From Chthoniobacteraceae bacterium (GTDB lineage Bacteria > Verrucomicrobiota > Verrucomicrobiia > Chthoniobacterales > Chthoniobacteraceae), in NCBI GenBank assembly GCA_040081625.1, contig JBEBGD010000009.1:1-64000 (forward strand): DNA of 64,000 nucleotides, read 5' to 3'. Below, one piece after another: positions 38,853-48,517 of the stretch. The position numbers were made by a program, and so were the translations under genes. The notes under the pieces are model-generated. The model had not been told where the DNA came from and ran no database searches. It saw only the letters and a list, made by a program, of their open reading frames with translations. Each line of letters starts with the position of its first letter. Within the stretch, counting starts at the first letter, position 1.

Positions 38853-41800
38853 ATGACCTCCCGCATTCTCCTCGCCGCTCTCCTCCCCACGCTCGCCCTC
38901 GCCCAAGCCAGCTCCCGCGAGGGAAATCTCGATGCCCCGCCGTCCACACCCGAGCAGCAGCGCGCAATGTTTCACCTGCCGCCCGGTTTTGAGATCCAGC
39001 TCGTCGCCGCCGAGCCCGCGATCCAAAAGCCGATGAACCTCAACTTCGACGCTGCGGGCCGGCTGTGGGTCACCGGCAGCGAGATGTATCCGTGGCCGGC
39101 GAAAGTGGACGCGCTCGGCCAGCCGATCGCCGGCTTCGACGAGACGTGGAAAACGATGTCCGGCGCCTTCGACGCCGCAAAGGCGCCGCCGCCCGCCGAG
39201 CGCGCGACCGACACGGTGCGCGTGCTGAGCGACTTCGCGCCCGATGGCCGCGCGCGGAAGATCGAGGTCTTCGCCGATGGCCTGAACATCCCCACCGGCA
39301 TCATGCCGCTCCCGCGTAGGCCTCCACCGATTCCACCGATTTTCACAGATGGAAAACCGGCCGGCGCGTCTCCCGAAAATCTGCGAAAATCTGCGCAATC
39401 TGTGGACCCAAAAGGCGACAGCGTCATCGTCTTCTCCATCCCGAAAATCTGGCGCCTCACCGACACCGATGGCGATGGCCGCGCCGACTTGCGCGAGCCG
39501 CTCTACGGCGACTTCGGCTTCCGCGACACGCACGGCATGTCGAGCAACTACCTCTACTGGATCGACGGTTGGATCTACGGCTGCCACGGCTTCGCCAACC
39601 ACAGCGTCGTGCGCGACGGCGCGGGCCGCACCACCGAGATGCACAGCGGCAACACCTACCGCTTCCGCCCCGACGGCTCGCGCTTCGAGATCTACACGCA
39701 CGGCCAGACGAACCCCTTCGGCCTCGCCGTCGATGATTGGGGAAATTTCTACTCCGCCGACTCGCACTCGCGCCCCGTCATGCTGCTGCTGCCCGGCGCG
39801 CACTACGCGGGCATCGGCAAGACGCACGACGGCCTCGGCTTCGCGCCGACGATCATGGATCACGACCACGGCTCGAGCGCCATCGCCGGCCTCGCGTGGT
39901 ATGGCGCCGATCATTTCCCGCCCGAGTTCCGCGGCAACACCTTCAACGGCAACCCCGTCACGCGCCGCATCAACCGCGACCGCTACGAGTGGCACGGCTC
40001 CACGCCGCGCGCGATCGAGATGCCCGACTTCCTCACGTGCGACGACCCGTGGTTCCGCCCCGTGCAAGTGAAGCTCGGCCCCGACGGCGCGCTGTGGATC
40101 GCCGATTTCTACACGCCCATCATCGGCCACTACGAACAACCCCTCGCCGACCCGCGCCGCGACCGCACCCACGGCCGCATCTGGCGCATCGTGTATCGCG
40201 GGGAGAAAGGGGACGCGCCTGCGCCGGTGCTGCCGGACCTGGCGAAGTTGGACGCGAAAGCCCTGATCGAAAAACTCGGCGACGCGAACATCACGACGCG
40301 GACGCTGGCGACGAATGAGTTGGTGGAGCGGGTGGGGAAGGAGGCGATGCCGAATCTGCAATCGGAGCTTAAGCCTCCGCCGGAAGCCCTGAAGCGAGTC
40401 AAGGGTCGCGATGGAACCGAGAGGGACATCGTTGCGCTTGATTGGAAGAACGCTCCGACGACGCGCATGCACGCTCTCTACGTGCTCGACCGCATGGGCG
40501 CGTTAGAACAACCGGCGCTTGATCTCGGACTTGCCGATGAAGCACTGGTGCGTGTCCACGCTCTGCGATTACTCGCCTCGATGTCGAGTGAGCCGCCGCG
40601 GCGGCTCGAACGGCTGGGCACATACATCGGCTACCCTTTCGACGGCATGACACAACGTGCGGCTGTTGATGGGATTCGACTTCAGAGCGCACCGACCGTG
40701 AAGGACAACATGAGCTTGAGCCTCCTCGCCGCGCTCTCGGTCGCTGGGAATCGAGTGGAAGTCGCGGACACGCAATTCGGACACGCCTTCCGCATGGCGG
40801 TGCGCGATCGACTGTTGCGTGAAGACGGTTTCATCCATGCCGCTGTTCTTGCTGGCGAAGATTTTCCCGGAGTCGAAGAGCGCAGAGAGCATCTCGCTGA
40901 GATTTCTCTCGCCGTTTCCACTCCTGGCTCCGCCGCCTTCCTCCTAGCTCACCTCCAGCGCACCAAGCTCACCACGCGGCGCGCGGGCGAATACCTGCGC
41001 CACGCAGTGCTGAACCTGCCGGACGAAAAGCTCGCCGCCGTGAGCGCGCTGCTCCAGGCGCTCGCCGACGCGCCGCTCGCGCAGCGACTCGCGCTCGCCG
41101 ATGGCCTCGGGCAGGCCGCGCGCGAACGTGGCTGGAAGCTTCCGGACGGACTCGCCGATTGGACGCAGCGCACGCTGCTCGCCGCGCTCGACAGCCCCGA
41201 CGCCGACCGCGCCATCGTCGCGCTGCGCGACGCGACGTGGCCGGAAAAGTTCGCCCCGCTCCAGCAGATCGTCCTCGATGCGAAACGCGACGGCACCCGC
41301 CGCGCCGCCGCGCTCGAAGCCGCGCTGAATCACGACCGCGGCATCGCCCTCGCTGCACAAGCGCTCGCCGATCCCACCTCGCTCCCGCTGCGCAAGAAAG
41401 CCGCCGACATCCTCGGCCGCACGCCGGACGACACCGCCCGCGACGCCTTGCTCGCCGCCCTGCCCACCGCGCCGGCCGAACTCGCCCTCGCGATCACCGC
41501 TTCGCTCGCGAAGACCGACCCCGACTTTACCGCGCTGCTCGATCTGCTCGAAGCCGGCAAAGCCTCGCCCGCGCCGCTGCGCAACCGCCTCATCGCGCTC
41601 CTCGTCACCCGCCGCACCGAAGCCTTGCGCGCCCGCGCCGACGCGCTCACGCGCGACCTCCCGCCCGAAGACGCGCGCCTCGATGGCGTCATCGCCGATC
41701 GCGTGAAAGCCTTCGCCAGCGCGAAGCCCGACGCCGCGAAAGGCGCGCAGGTTTTCGCGCAGCAGTGCGCCGTCTGCCACCGCTTCCGCGGCGAGGGCGG

Positions 41801-42176
41801 CAATGCCGGCCCGAACCTCGACGGGCTTGCCGCCCGCGGCACGCACCGCGTCATCGAAGACATCCTCGATCCGAACCGCAACGTGGACCCGACCTTCCGC
41901 CAGACGATCATCGAGACCACGGACGGAAAGGTCGTCGCCGGCATCAACCCACGGCTCGGTCGCGTGCGGCTTGAGATGATCGCCGGCGGGCCGGCGACGC
42001 ATCCGGCGATGGACACCGTCACCCTCACCGATGCCTCGGGCAGGGACGTGCAGGTCTTTCGCAAGCACATCAAATCGCAAACCCTCTCGCCGCTTTCGCT
42101 CATGCCGCCGGGTTATGAAGGCACGATCGCCGCGGACGACTTCAACTCGCTGCTCTCTTACCTTCTCGGCAAATGA
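38853..42176 (+). CDS. Second PVC-type dehydrogenase-like protein with cytochrome c
   Basis: Signal peptide, FHLPPGFEIQLVAAEP, DTDGDGRAD, DPWFRPV, GRIWRI, heme motif CAVCH, GPNL, SLMP. Confidence 0.88.
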   Translation: MTSRILLAALLPTLALAQASSREGNLDAPPSTPEQQRAMFHLPPGFEIQLVAAEPAIQKPMNLNFDAAGRLWVTGSEMYPWPAKVDALGQPIAGFDETWKTMSGAFDAAKAPPPAERATDTVRVLSDFAPDGRARKIEVFADGLNIPTGIMPLPRRPPPIPPIFTDGKPAGASPENLRKSAQSVDPKGDSVIVFSIPKIWRLTDTDGDGRADLREPLYGDFGFRDTHGMSSNYLYWIDGWIYGCHGFANHSVVRDGAGRTTEMHSGNTYRFRPDGSRFEIYTHGQTNPFGLAVDDWGNFYSADSHSRPVMLLLPGAHYAGIGKTHDGLGFAPTIMDHDHGSSAIAGLAWYGADHFPPEFRGNTFNGNPVTRRINRDRYEWHGSTPRAIEMPDFLTCDDPWFRPVQVKLGPDGALWIADFYTPIIGHYEQPLADPRRDRTHGRIWRIVYRGEKGDAPAPVLPDLAKLDAKALIEKLGDANITTRTLATNELVERVGKEAMPNLQSELKPPPEALKRVKGRDGTERDIVALDWKNAPTTRMHALYVLDRMGALEQPALDLGLADEALVRVHALRLLASMSSEPPRRLERLGTYIGYPFDGMTQRAAVDGIRLQSAPTVKDNMSLSLLAALSVAGNRVEVADTQFGHAFRMAVRDRLLREDGFIHAAVLAGEDFPGVEERREHLAEISLAVSTPGSAAFLLAHLQRTKLTTRRAGEYLRHAVLNLPDEKLAAVSALLQALADAPLAQRLALADGLGQAARERGWKLPDGLADWTQRTLLAALDSPDADRAIVALRDATWPEKFAPLQQIVLDAKRDGTRRAAALEAALNHDRGIALAAQALADPTSLPLRKKAADILGRTPDDTARDALLAALPTAPAELALAITASLAKTDPDFTALLDLLEAGKASPAPLRNRLIALLVTRRTEALRARADALTRDLPPEDARLDGVIADRVKAFASAKPDAAKGAQVFAQQCAVCHRFRGEGGNAGPNLDGLAARGTHRVIEDILDPNRNVDPTFRQTIIETTDGKVVAGINPRLGRVRLEMIAGGPATHPAMDTVTLTDASGRDVQVFRKHIKSQTLSPLSLMPPGYEGTIAADDFNSLLSYLLGK
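39323..39406. repeat. 84-nt palindromic element lying in frame inside the 38853-42176 gene
   Basis: Arms tccaccgattccaccgattttcacagat / atctgcgaaaatctgcgcaatctgtgga; similar to 1193-1274. Confidence 0.8.
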
Positions 42177-42817
42177 CACCCGAAGCCCACGAACACCTCA
42201 GCGATTGCTGCCCCGTGATGAAGCGGCTCATCAAAACCCACGGCCCCTGCGCGCTCCTGCCGGATTCCACCCGCTCGCCGTTCGCCGCGTTGGCCAGCGC
42301 GATCGCGCATCAGCAACTCCACGGCAACGCAGCCGAGGCGATCCTGCGGCGATTCTGCGCGCTGTTTCCGCGTGGCACTTTTCCGACGGCGCAAAAGCTC
42401 GCGAGCGTGAGCGACGCGGACCTGCGCGGATGCGGCTTCTCCGGCGGGAAGATCGCCGCGCTGCGCGATCTCGCCGCGAAGACGATCGACGGCACGGCGC
42501 CTCCGCGCGCGGCGGTGGCGGCGCTGAGCGACGACGAACTCATCGCGCGGCTCACGGAGGTGCGCGGCATCGGGCGCTGGAGCGTGGAGATGTTTCTCAT
42601 CTTCACGCTCGGGCGCCCCGACGTGCTGCCTGCTGATGATTTCGGCGTGCGCAACGGCTACCGCATCGCCTTCGGCCTAGACGAAATGCCGAAGCCGAAA
42701 GAGCTGCTCGCCTACGGCGAACGCTGGCGTCCGCATGGAACAACTGCCGCGTGGTTTTTATGGAGGGCCGCCGACGCGGCGAAAGAACGTGCTCCACTCG
42801 CGGGCGTGAATGCGTAA
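42173..42817 (+). CDS. DNA-3-methyladenine glycosylase II family (HhH-GPD)
   Basis: AIAHQQL, VRGIGRWSVEMFLIF, LPADDFGVR, WRP. Confidence 0.88.
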   Translation: MTPEAHEHLSDCCPVMKRLIKTHGPCALLPDSTRSPFAALASAIAHQQLHGNAAEAILRRFCALFPRGTFPTAQKLASVSDADLRGCGFSGGKIAALRDLAAKTIDGTAPPRAAVAALSDDELIARLTEVRGIGRWSVEMFLIFTLGRPDVLPADDFGVRNGYRIAFGLDEMPKPKELLAYGERWRPHGTTAAWFLWRAADAAKERAPLAGVNA

Positions 42818-42827
42818 CAATGCACGC

Positions 42828-43556
42828 ATGACCGACAAGACCGTCTCGCTCATCACCGGTGCAAACAAAGGCATCGGCTACGAAATCGCCCGCCGCCTCG
42901 GCGCGCTCGGCCACTGCGTGCTCGTCGGCGCGCGCGACAAGAAGCGCGGGCAGACAGCGGTCGATCAACTCAAGGCCGGCGGCGTGGACGCGCACCTCAT
43001 CATCCTCGATGTCGCGTATCAGCCGTCGGTGGATCGCACGGCGATGCTGATCGAGCAGGACTACGGGCGGCTCGACGTGCTCGTGAACAACGCGGGCCTC
43101 ATCCACGACCGCAGCCTCAAGCCGAGCAACACCCCGCTCGACACGATCCGCGAGGTCTTCGAGCCGAATTTCTTCGGCCTTGTCGCGGTGACTCAGGCGA
43201 TGCTTCCGCTACTCCGCAAGAGCGCCGCGGGCCGGATCGTGAACATGTCGAGCGTCCTCGGCTCTCTCACGGTGCAGTCTGATTTCGCCGGCCCGTTCGC
43301 CGACTTCAAGGTGCTCGGCTACGACTGCTCGAAGACCGCGGTGAATGCGGTGACGGTCCACTTCGCCCATGAGCTGCGCGACACGCCGATCAAGGTGAAC
43401 TCCGCCTGCCCCGGCTGGGTGAAGACCGACATGGGCGGACCCGAAGCACCCGGCACCGTCGAGCAAGGCGCCGACACGCCGGTGTGGCTCGCGACGCTGC
43501 CTGCCGATGGACCGAGCGGCGGATTTTTCCAGGATCGCAAGCCGCTGCCCTGGTGA
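42828..43556 (+). CDS. SDR-family oxidoreductase (carbonyl reductase-like)
   Basis: TGANKGIG, LVNNAG, YDCSK, CPGWVKTDMGG. Confidence 0.9.
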   Translation: MTDKTVSLITGANKGIGYEIARRLGALGHCVLVGARDKKRGQTAVDQLKAGGVDAHLIILDVAYQPSVDRTAMLIEQDYGRLDVLVNNAGLIHDRSLKPSNTPLDTIREVFEPNFFGLVAVTQAMLPLLRKSAAGRIVNMSSVLGSLTVQSDFAGPFADFKVLGYDCSKTAVNAVTVHFAHELRDTPIKVNSACPGWVKTDMGGPEAPGTVEQGADTPVWLATLPADGPSGGFFQDRKPLPW

Positions 43557-43560
43557 TTAC

Positions 43561-44217
43561 ATGACCCACAAACCCGTCTCCAACGATACGCTGCTCGCGC
43601 AGCTCCAGTGGCGCTACGCGACGAAGATGTTCGATGCGTCGAAGAAGATCGCCGACGCCGACTGGGCGGCGCTCGAGCAGTCGCTCATCCTCACGCCATC
43701 GAGCTATGGCGCGCAGCCGTATCGCTTCGTCGTGATCACCGATGCCGTGACGAAGGAGGCGCTCGTGCCTTTCTCGTGGAAGCAGCGTCAACCCGCGGAC
43801 TGCTCGCACTACGTCGTCTTCGCGGCGCGCGAGGCAAACACCGAGGCCGACGTGGATCATTACCTCGCTCGCATCGCCGAGGTGCGCGGCATCGCGGTCG
43901 AGTCGCAGGCTGGTTTCAAAAAGATGCTGATGAGCGACATCGTGAACGGCGAGCGCGGGCGGATCGCACTCGAGTGGGCGACGCGTCAGGCTTACATCGC
44001 GCTCGGCAATTTCATGACCGCCGCCGCGATGCTCGGCATCGACACGTGCCCGATGGAAGGCATCCAGCCGGACAAATACGACGAACTGCTCGGCCTGCCT
44101 GCGCGCGGCTTTCGCACGGTCGTCGGCTGCGCAGCGGGCTATCGCGCGGAGGGCGACAAATACGCGGCGATGCCGAAGGTGCGGATGCCGGCGGACGAGT
44201 TGATCGTTCGGGTCTAA
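43561..44217 (+). CDS. Nitroreductase family protein (NfsB-like)
   Basis: WRYATKMFD, LTPSSYGAQPY, GIDTCPMEG, PKVR. Confidence 0.9.
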   Translation: MTHKPVSNDTLLAQLQWRYATKMFDASKKIADADWAALEQSLILTPSSYGAQPYRFVVITDAVTKEALVPFSWKQRQPADCSHYVVFAAREANTEADVDHYLARIAEVRGIAVESQAGFKKMLMSDIVNGERGRIALEWATRQAYIALGNFMTAAAMLGIDTCPMEGIQPDKYDELLGLPARGFRTVVGCAAGYRAEGDKYAAMPKVRMPADELIVRV

Positions 44218-45704
44218 GCCTCCACCGCTCGCGGCACCTGCCGGCCGGCGTCGGGCTTTGCTTCTTCGTGGTATTCGGCGTCGGTGTTCACGTTCCAAAG
44301 ATCGAACGCGCCGCCGCCGTTGAGATTCTTCGCGGCGAGGATCGCGGTCATCATCGAGTGATCCTGGTTGTTGTATTTGTGCATCCCGTTGCGACCGACG
44401 GGCTGGATATTCGCGAAGCGTGAGAGCGCGGCGCGGATGATCGCGACGTCGTCGTTGTAGCCGGGGCCATAGACGGGATACGCCTTTTCCATCCGCACCA
44501 CGGCGCCGTCGAAGACGTCCTCCGGGTTCACGAGTCCGAGCTGCGCGAGTTCGCGTTTGCCGAGCTCGATGAGGTCTTCGTCGCGCATCGACCACAGCCC
44601 GTCGCCTTCGAAACAAAAATACTCGAGTCCAAGACACGTCGTGCCGGCGTCGGGCACGAGATGCGGCGACCAGTTGTTGAAGTTCTGGATACGCCCCAGC
44701 TTCACGCTCGGGTCGTGGACGTAGATCCAGTTGTCGGGGAAAAGGTCGGTCTTCCGCACCATCAGCGCGACGGTGAGAAAGTCGCGGTATTGCAGCCGCT
44801 TCGCCGCGGCGAGCGCCTCAGCCGGCAGCGGCGGGTTGAAGGCGAGCACGGTTTCCTGCAGTGGCATCGACACGATGAAATCCTCACCCTGCCAATCCCG
44901 CTCGACGCCAGCGGAGTCGCGCGTTGTTACCGAAATCACGCGCTCGCCGAGCGTATTGATCGCCGTGACCTGCTCGCCCATCTCGACACGGCTGCCGGCG
45001 GCGATCACGTCGTCGCGATGCTTGTCCCACATCTGGCCGGGGCCGAACTTTGGATACTCGAAAGTGTCGATCAGCGTCTTCACGACCTCGCCGCCGCTCT
45101 TCTTTTTTTGCGGGACGAGCGCGTGCCAGACGGCTTTCAGGAGCGAGAGGCCCTTGATGCGCTGCGCCGCCCAGTCCGCGCTGATCTTCTCGCACGGCAT
45201 CCCCCAGACCTTCTCGGTGTAGGTGCGGAAAAAGATCGAGAAGAGCTTTTTCCCAAAGCGATTCGTGACCCAGTCCGCGAAGGATTTCTCCGGCTTGATC
45301 GGGAAGATGCGCGCCATGACGTAGCTGAACATGCACGCCATGCTCGTGAAGACGCCGAGGCCGAAAAGCGCGTTCGCTGCCTTGAGCGGGTAGTCGAAAA
45401 ACTTGCCGTTGTAAAAAATGCGCGACCCACGCCGGACGCTGATGAATTCAGAGCCGAGCCGCTGCTTCCAGCGCGCGGTCACCTCGTCGCTCTTGCTGAA
45501 AAACCGGTGACCCCCGATGTCGAAACGGTAGCCCTTGAATTCGACGGTGCGGGCGATGCCGCCGACGTAACGCGGGTCTTTCTCGAGCACGACGACCGGG
45601 CGGCCGGCCTCGGCGAGATCGACGGCAGCCGACAGGCCAGCCGGCCCCGCGCCGACGATGACGACGCGACGAGGGGACGCAGGAAGATGTGATTCGATGG
45701 ACAT
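44214..45704 (-). CDS. FAD-dependent oxidoreductase (UDP-galactopyranose mutase/HemY-like family)
   Basis: IVGAGPAGL, FDIGGHRFFSK, YTEKVWG, DNWIY, GRNGMHKYNNQDHSM. Confidence 0.85.
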   Translation of the reverse strand: MSIESHLPASPRRVVIVGAGPAGLSAAVDLAEAGRPVVVLEKDPRYVGGIARTVEFKGYRFDIGGHRFFSKSDEVTARWKQRLGSEFISVRRGSRIFYNGKFFDYPLKAANALFGLGVFTSMACMFSYVMARIFPIKPEKSFADWVTNRFGKKLFSIFFRTYTEKVWGMPCEKISADWAAQRIKGLSLLKAVWHALVPQKKKSGGEVVKTLIDTFEYPKFGPGQMWDKHRDDVIAAGSRVEMGEQVTAINTLGERVISVTTRDSAGVERDWQGEDFIVSMPLQETVLAFNPPLPAEALAAAKRLQYRDFLTVALMVRKTDLFPDNWIYVHDPSVKLGRIQNFNNWSPHLVPDAGTTCLGLEYFCFEGDGLWSMRDEDLIELGKRELAQLGLVNPEDVFDGAVVRMEKAYPVYGPGYNDDVAIIRAALSRFANIQPVGRNGMHKYNNQDHSMMTAILAAKNLNGGGAFDLWNVNTDAEYHEEAKPDAGRQVPRAVEA

Positions 45705-45783
45705 GGGCACGTGGGCAGAGAGCAGAGCTTTTGCCACGCGTCCAGCTTGTGCCCGCGGCACGGTTCCCGCAGTGTGCGCGCCC

Positions 45784-47001
45784 ATGTCGCCCGAAGTCGC
45801 AACGAAGCTCCGCACCTGGCTGCTCGCCGCAGTCCTGCTGATCGTCGGCGCATGCCTGCGGCTCGGCGCGGCGCAATCGTTCTCGGATCCGTCCAACCGG
45901 CCGGGCCAGGATGAGTTTTACTACGCTGGCTACGTGCAGATCCTCGCGCAGCACGGGCTCGGCGTTTATCCGGAGCTGGTCGAGCGCTACATCGCCGAGC
46001 AGCAGACGCGCACCGCGGTGCTGCCGCCGATGCGGGCGACTTACATCATCGCGGGCGTCATCGCGCATTGGGCCACAGGCCTCGACGCCCGCGCGAGCCT
46101 CAACGCGGTCTCGGCCACGTTCAGCTTCCTCATGCTCCCGCTCGCGCTGCTCTTCGCGTGGCGCGCCGCCGGCCCGCGCATCGCGCTCGGCACGCTCGCG
46201 CTCATGGCCTTCGCGCCGACACAGCTTTTCATGGCGCGGCACGCATTGATCGATGTCGTCGTCGCGTTCTGGGCGCTCGCGGCGCTGTGGGCGCTTTGGG
46301 AAAGTTTGCAGCAGCCCGGCGACGCACGCCGGCTCGCCGCGCTCGGCCTCTCGCTTGCCGTGCTCGTGCTCACGAAGGAGACCAGCTTCTTCGTCGTGTG
46401 CGGCCTCGGCGCGCTGCTCGCGCTCAATCGCTGGCTCAAATTCGGCACGCTGCATCGGAACATTTTCATCGCCGCGGGCGTGGGCCTGCTTGCGGGGCTT
46501 GCGATCATGGTCGTGCTGTGCGGCGGGATCGATCGCGTGTTCGAGGGCTACCGGATCTTCGTCGCGACCGCTGCGGAGCTGCCCTACGCGATCGCGACCG
46601 GCGACGGCCCGTGGCACCGCTACATCTTCGAGCTCACGCTCGTCAGCCCGCTCGTCGTCATCCTCGCGCTCACGATGCTCGCGCGGCTCGAAGCCGGCAC
46701 GCGCCCGCAACTCTTCATCGCGCTTTTTTTTCTCACGACCTACGCCGCGATGGCCGGCGTGCGCTACGGCGTGAGCCTGCGCTTTGCGAACCTCTGGGAC
46801 TTCCCGCTCTGCTTCCTCGCCGCGAGCGCGGTCTTTGCGCTGGTGGAAAATCTGCGCTGGCGCCCGCTGCTCGCCGCCACTGCGGCACTCGTGCTCGTCG
46901 CCGCGAGCGAGATGCATCAATACCGCCGCATCTTCGTCGCGCGAAACGTCCACGATCCGATCACGCCCGAGCTGCTGCGCGCCGTGGACATCCTCAAATG
47001 A
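45784..47001 (+). CDS. GT-C fold (GT39/ArnT/PMT-like) membrane glycosyltransferase
   Basis: DEFYY motif after the first TM, many hydrophobic helices, LTKE motif. Confidence 0.7.
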   Translation: MSPEVATKLRTWLLAAVLLIVGACLRLGAAQSFSDPSNRPGQDEFYYAGYVQILAQHGLGVYPELVERYIAEQQTRTAVLPPMRATYIIAGVIAHWATGLDARASLNAVSATFSFLMLPLALLFAWRAAGPRIALGTLALMAFAPTQLFMARHALIDVVVAFWALAALWALWESLQQPGDARRLAALGLSLAVLVLTKETSFFVVCGLGALLALNRWLKFGTLHRNIFIAAGVGLLAGLAIMVVLCGGIDRVFEGYRIFVATAAELPYAIATGDGPWHRYIFELTLVSPLVVILALTMLARLEAGTRPQLFIALFFLTTYAAMAGVRYGVSLRFANLWDFPLCFLAASAVFALVENLRWRPLLAATAALVLVAASEMHQYRRIFVARNVHDPITPELLRAVDILK

Positions 47002-47080
47002 ACCCCGACAACGCCTTGCCAAAGCGCGACCCATCTGCTTTCGCTGCGCGGTGACTTCCCGCCCGAGAACCTGAGCGACC

Positions 47081-48517
47081 ATGTCCGACGCGGCCGATCC
47101 AACGCAGACCACGACCAAGCCGAAATACCACGCCGTCATCGCATACGTGCCGGAGGAGTTCGTGTGGTGCGACTGGCTCCACCGCCAGCTCGACGGCGTC
47201 GCGGTGCCGCCGGACCTCTCGGAAAAGCGGACGCGCCACGGCTTCACGCGCCCGTCCCTGCTCCGCGTCTTTCCCGATCCGCGAAATCCCGGGCACCTCG
47301 CGCGTCACGCCACCGCGCTGCCGCCATGCCGCCATCTCGTCGTCGTTTGCTCGCCGGACTCTGCGAAGGCACCCGCGCTCGACGAGCAGATTCGCTCCTT
47401 CAAATCTACCGAGGGCGAAGAGCGGATCATCGTCCTCGTCGTCGATGGCGATCCCGACCACGACCAGGCGCCGCCGGGTTCGGACGACGCCGACTGGCTG
47501 CCCTCGTGGCTGCGCTGGCGGCTCGATGACAAGGGCCGCTTCCGCCCCGCCGAGGCGAGCGAACCGCTGATCATCGATGCACGCGGCGAAAACCGCAGCC
47601 CGGCGGAGACGCGCGCGCAGGTTCTCGCGGCGCTGCTCGACGTGCCGCGCGAACAATTGCGGGCGCACGGCGACCTCGTCTCTGCGCACGGCTCCGCCAC
47701 GCTCATGGCCGGGGAAGACGATCCGGACCCGTCGCCCGTCGCCGCGTCCACATCGTCATCGCGCGGCACCGCGCTGTTCTTCCTCGCTGCGTTCGTGACG
47801 ATCGCGCTCGGCGGATTGTATTGGTGGAATCAACGTGGCGCGGATCGCGGCGGCGCGACCGCTTCGACGACGCCGGTGACGCCCGAGCCGCTTGCCGCGC
47901 CCACGCAGGTGCGAGTCGCCACGCCAAAGCCTGCGACTCCCACGCCAAAGCCAGCCACGCCCAAGCCCGCGACTCCGACGCCCGCACCGACTCCGAGCCG
48001 TCCGGAGCCGACGCCTGTTCCACCCAGCCCGGTCGCGAAGAAAGCGCCGCCCGCGAGACCCGCGACTCCGCCGAAGAAAGTTGTGCCGATGTTCCCGTCG
48101 GGCGCGGATTCGCAGTCTGCAGTGACGCAGATCGCGCCGCCGAAAGCCTCGCCGCGAGCCAGCGCGACGCCGGCGCCCGGCAGCAAGGACTGGCAGCGCC
48201 TGCGCGACCTCGGCGACACGCTCATGGCAAACGGCAAGCGCGACACCGGGATGATCGCTCTCTCGCAAGCGGTCGAGAGCGGGTTGCGCGCAGCCGCGGC
48301 ACCCGGCGCGAGGGCGACGGACCGCATCGAGATCGGTCGCCTCTGCTTCCGCGTGGCGGCATTGCAAAAGCAATTCTTCACTCCCGCTGAGGCCCGCCGC
48401 ACGCTTGAGGGTGCGCGCGCGATGCTCGAGTCCGTGCGCGCACGGGGCGAGCAAGTCGCCGAGCGCGACGGCTTGATCGGGGACATCGATCAGCTATTGC
48501 GCGGCATCCCGCGATAG
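47081..48517 (+). CDS. Degenerate TIR-like domain + TM + Pro/Thr-rich linker + helical C-terminal domain
   Basis: KYHAVIAY...WCDWLHRQL...RVFPD...LVVVCSPDSA...IIVLVVDGDP...EPLIIDAR follows the bacterial TIR pattern; TM LFFLAAFVTIALGGLYWW; PKPATP repeats. Confidence 0.7.
   Translation: MSDAADPTQTTTKPKYHAVIAYVPEEFVWCDWLHRQLDGVAVPPDLSEKRTRHGFTRPSLLRVFPDPRNPGHLARHATALPPCRHLVVVCSPDSAKAPALDEQIRSFKSTEGEERIIVLVVDGDPDHDQAPPGSDDADWLPSWLRWRLDDKGRFRPAEASEPLIIDARGENRSPAETRAQVLAALLDVPREQLRAHGDLVSAHGSATLMAGEDDPDPSPVAASTSSSRGTALFFLAAFVTIALGGLYWWNQRGADRGGATASTTPVTPEPLAAPTQVRVATPKPATPTPKPATPKPATPTPAPTPSRPEPTPVPPSPVAKKAPPARPATPPKKVVPMFPSGADSQSAVTQIAPPKASPRASATPAPGSKDWQRLRDLGDTLMANGKRDTGMIALSQAVESGLRAAAAPGARATDRIEIGRLCFRVAALQKQFFTPAEARRTLEGARAMLESVRARGEQVAERDGLIGDIDQLLRGIPR

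Noticed and set aside
40240..40950. Diversity-generating retroelement target
   Set aside because: No reverse transcriptase and no template/variable repeat pair seen in the window.
33865..42176. Tandem PVC-type heme proteins plus a PQQ-like propeller as a novel system
   Set aside because: These families are highly expanded in PVC genomes, so adjacency alone is weak evidence.
47870..48075. Repeated ccaaagcc/gcgactcc units as a possible CRISPR or DNA repeat
   Set aside because: They encode a PKPATP linker with synonymous variation; no repeat-spacer structure and no cas genes.
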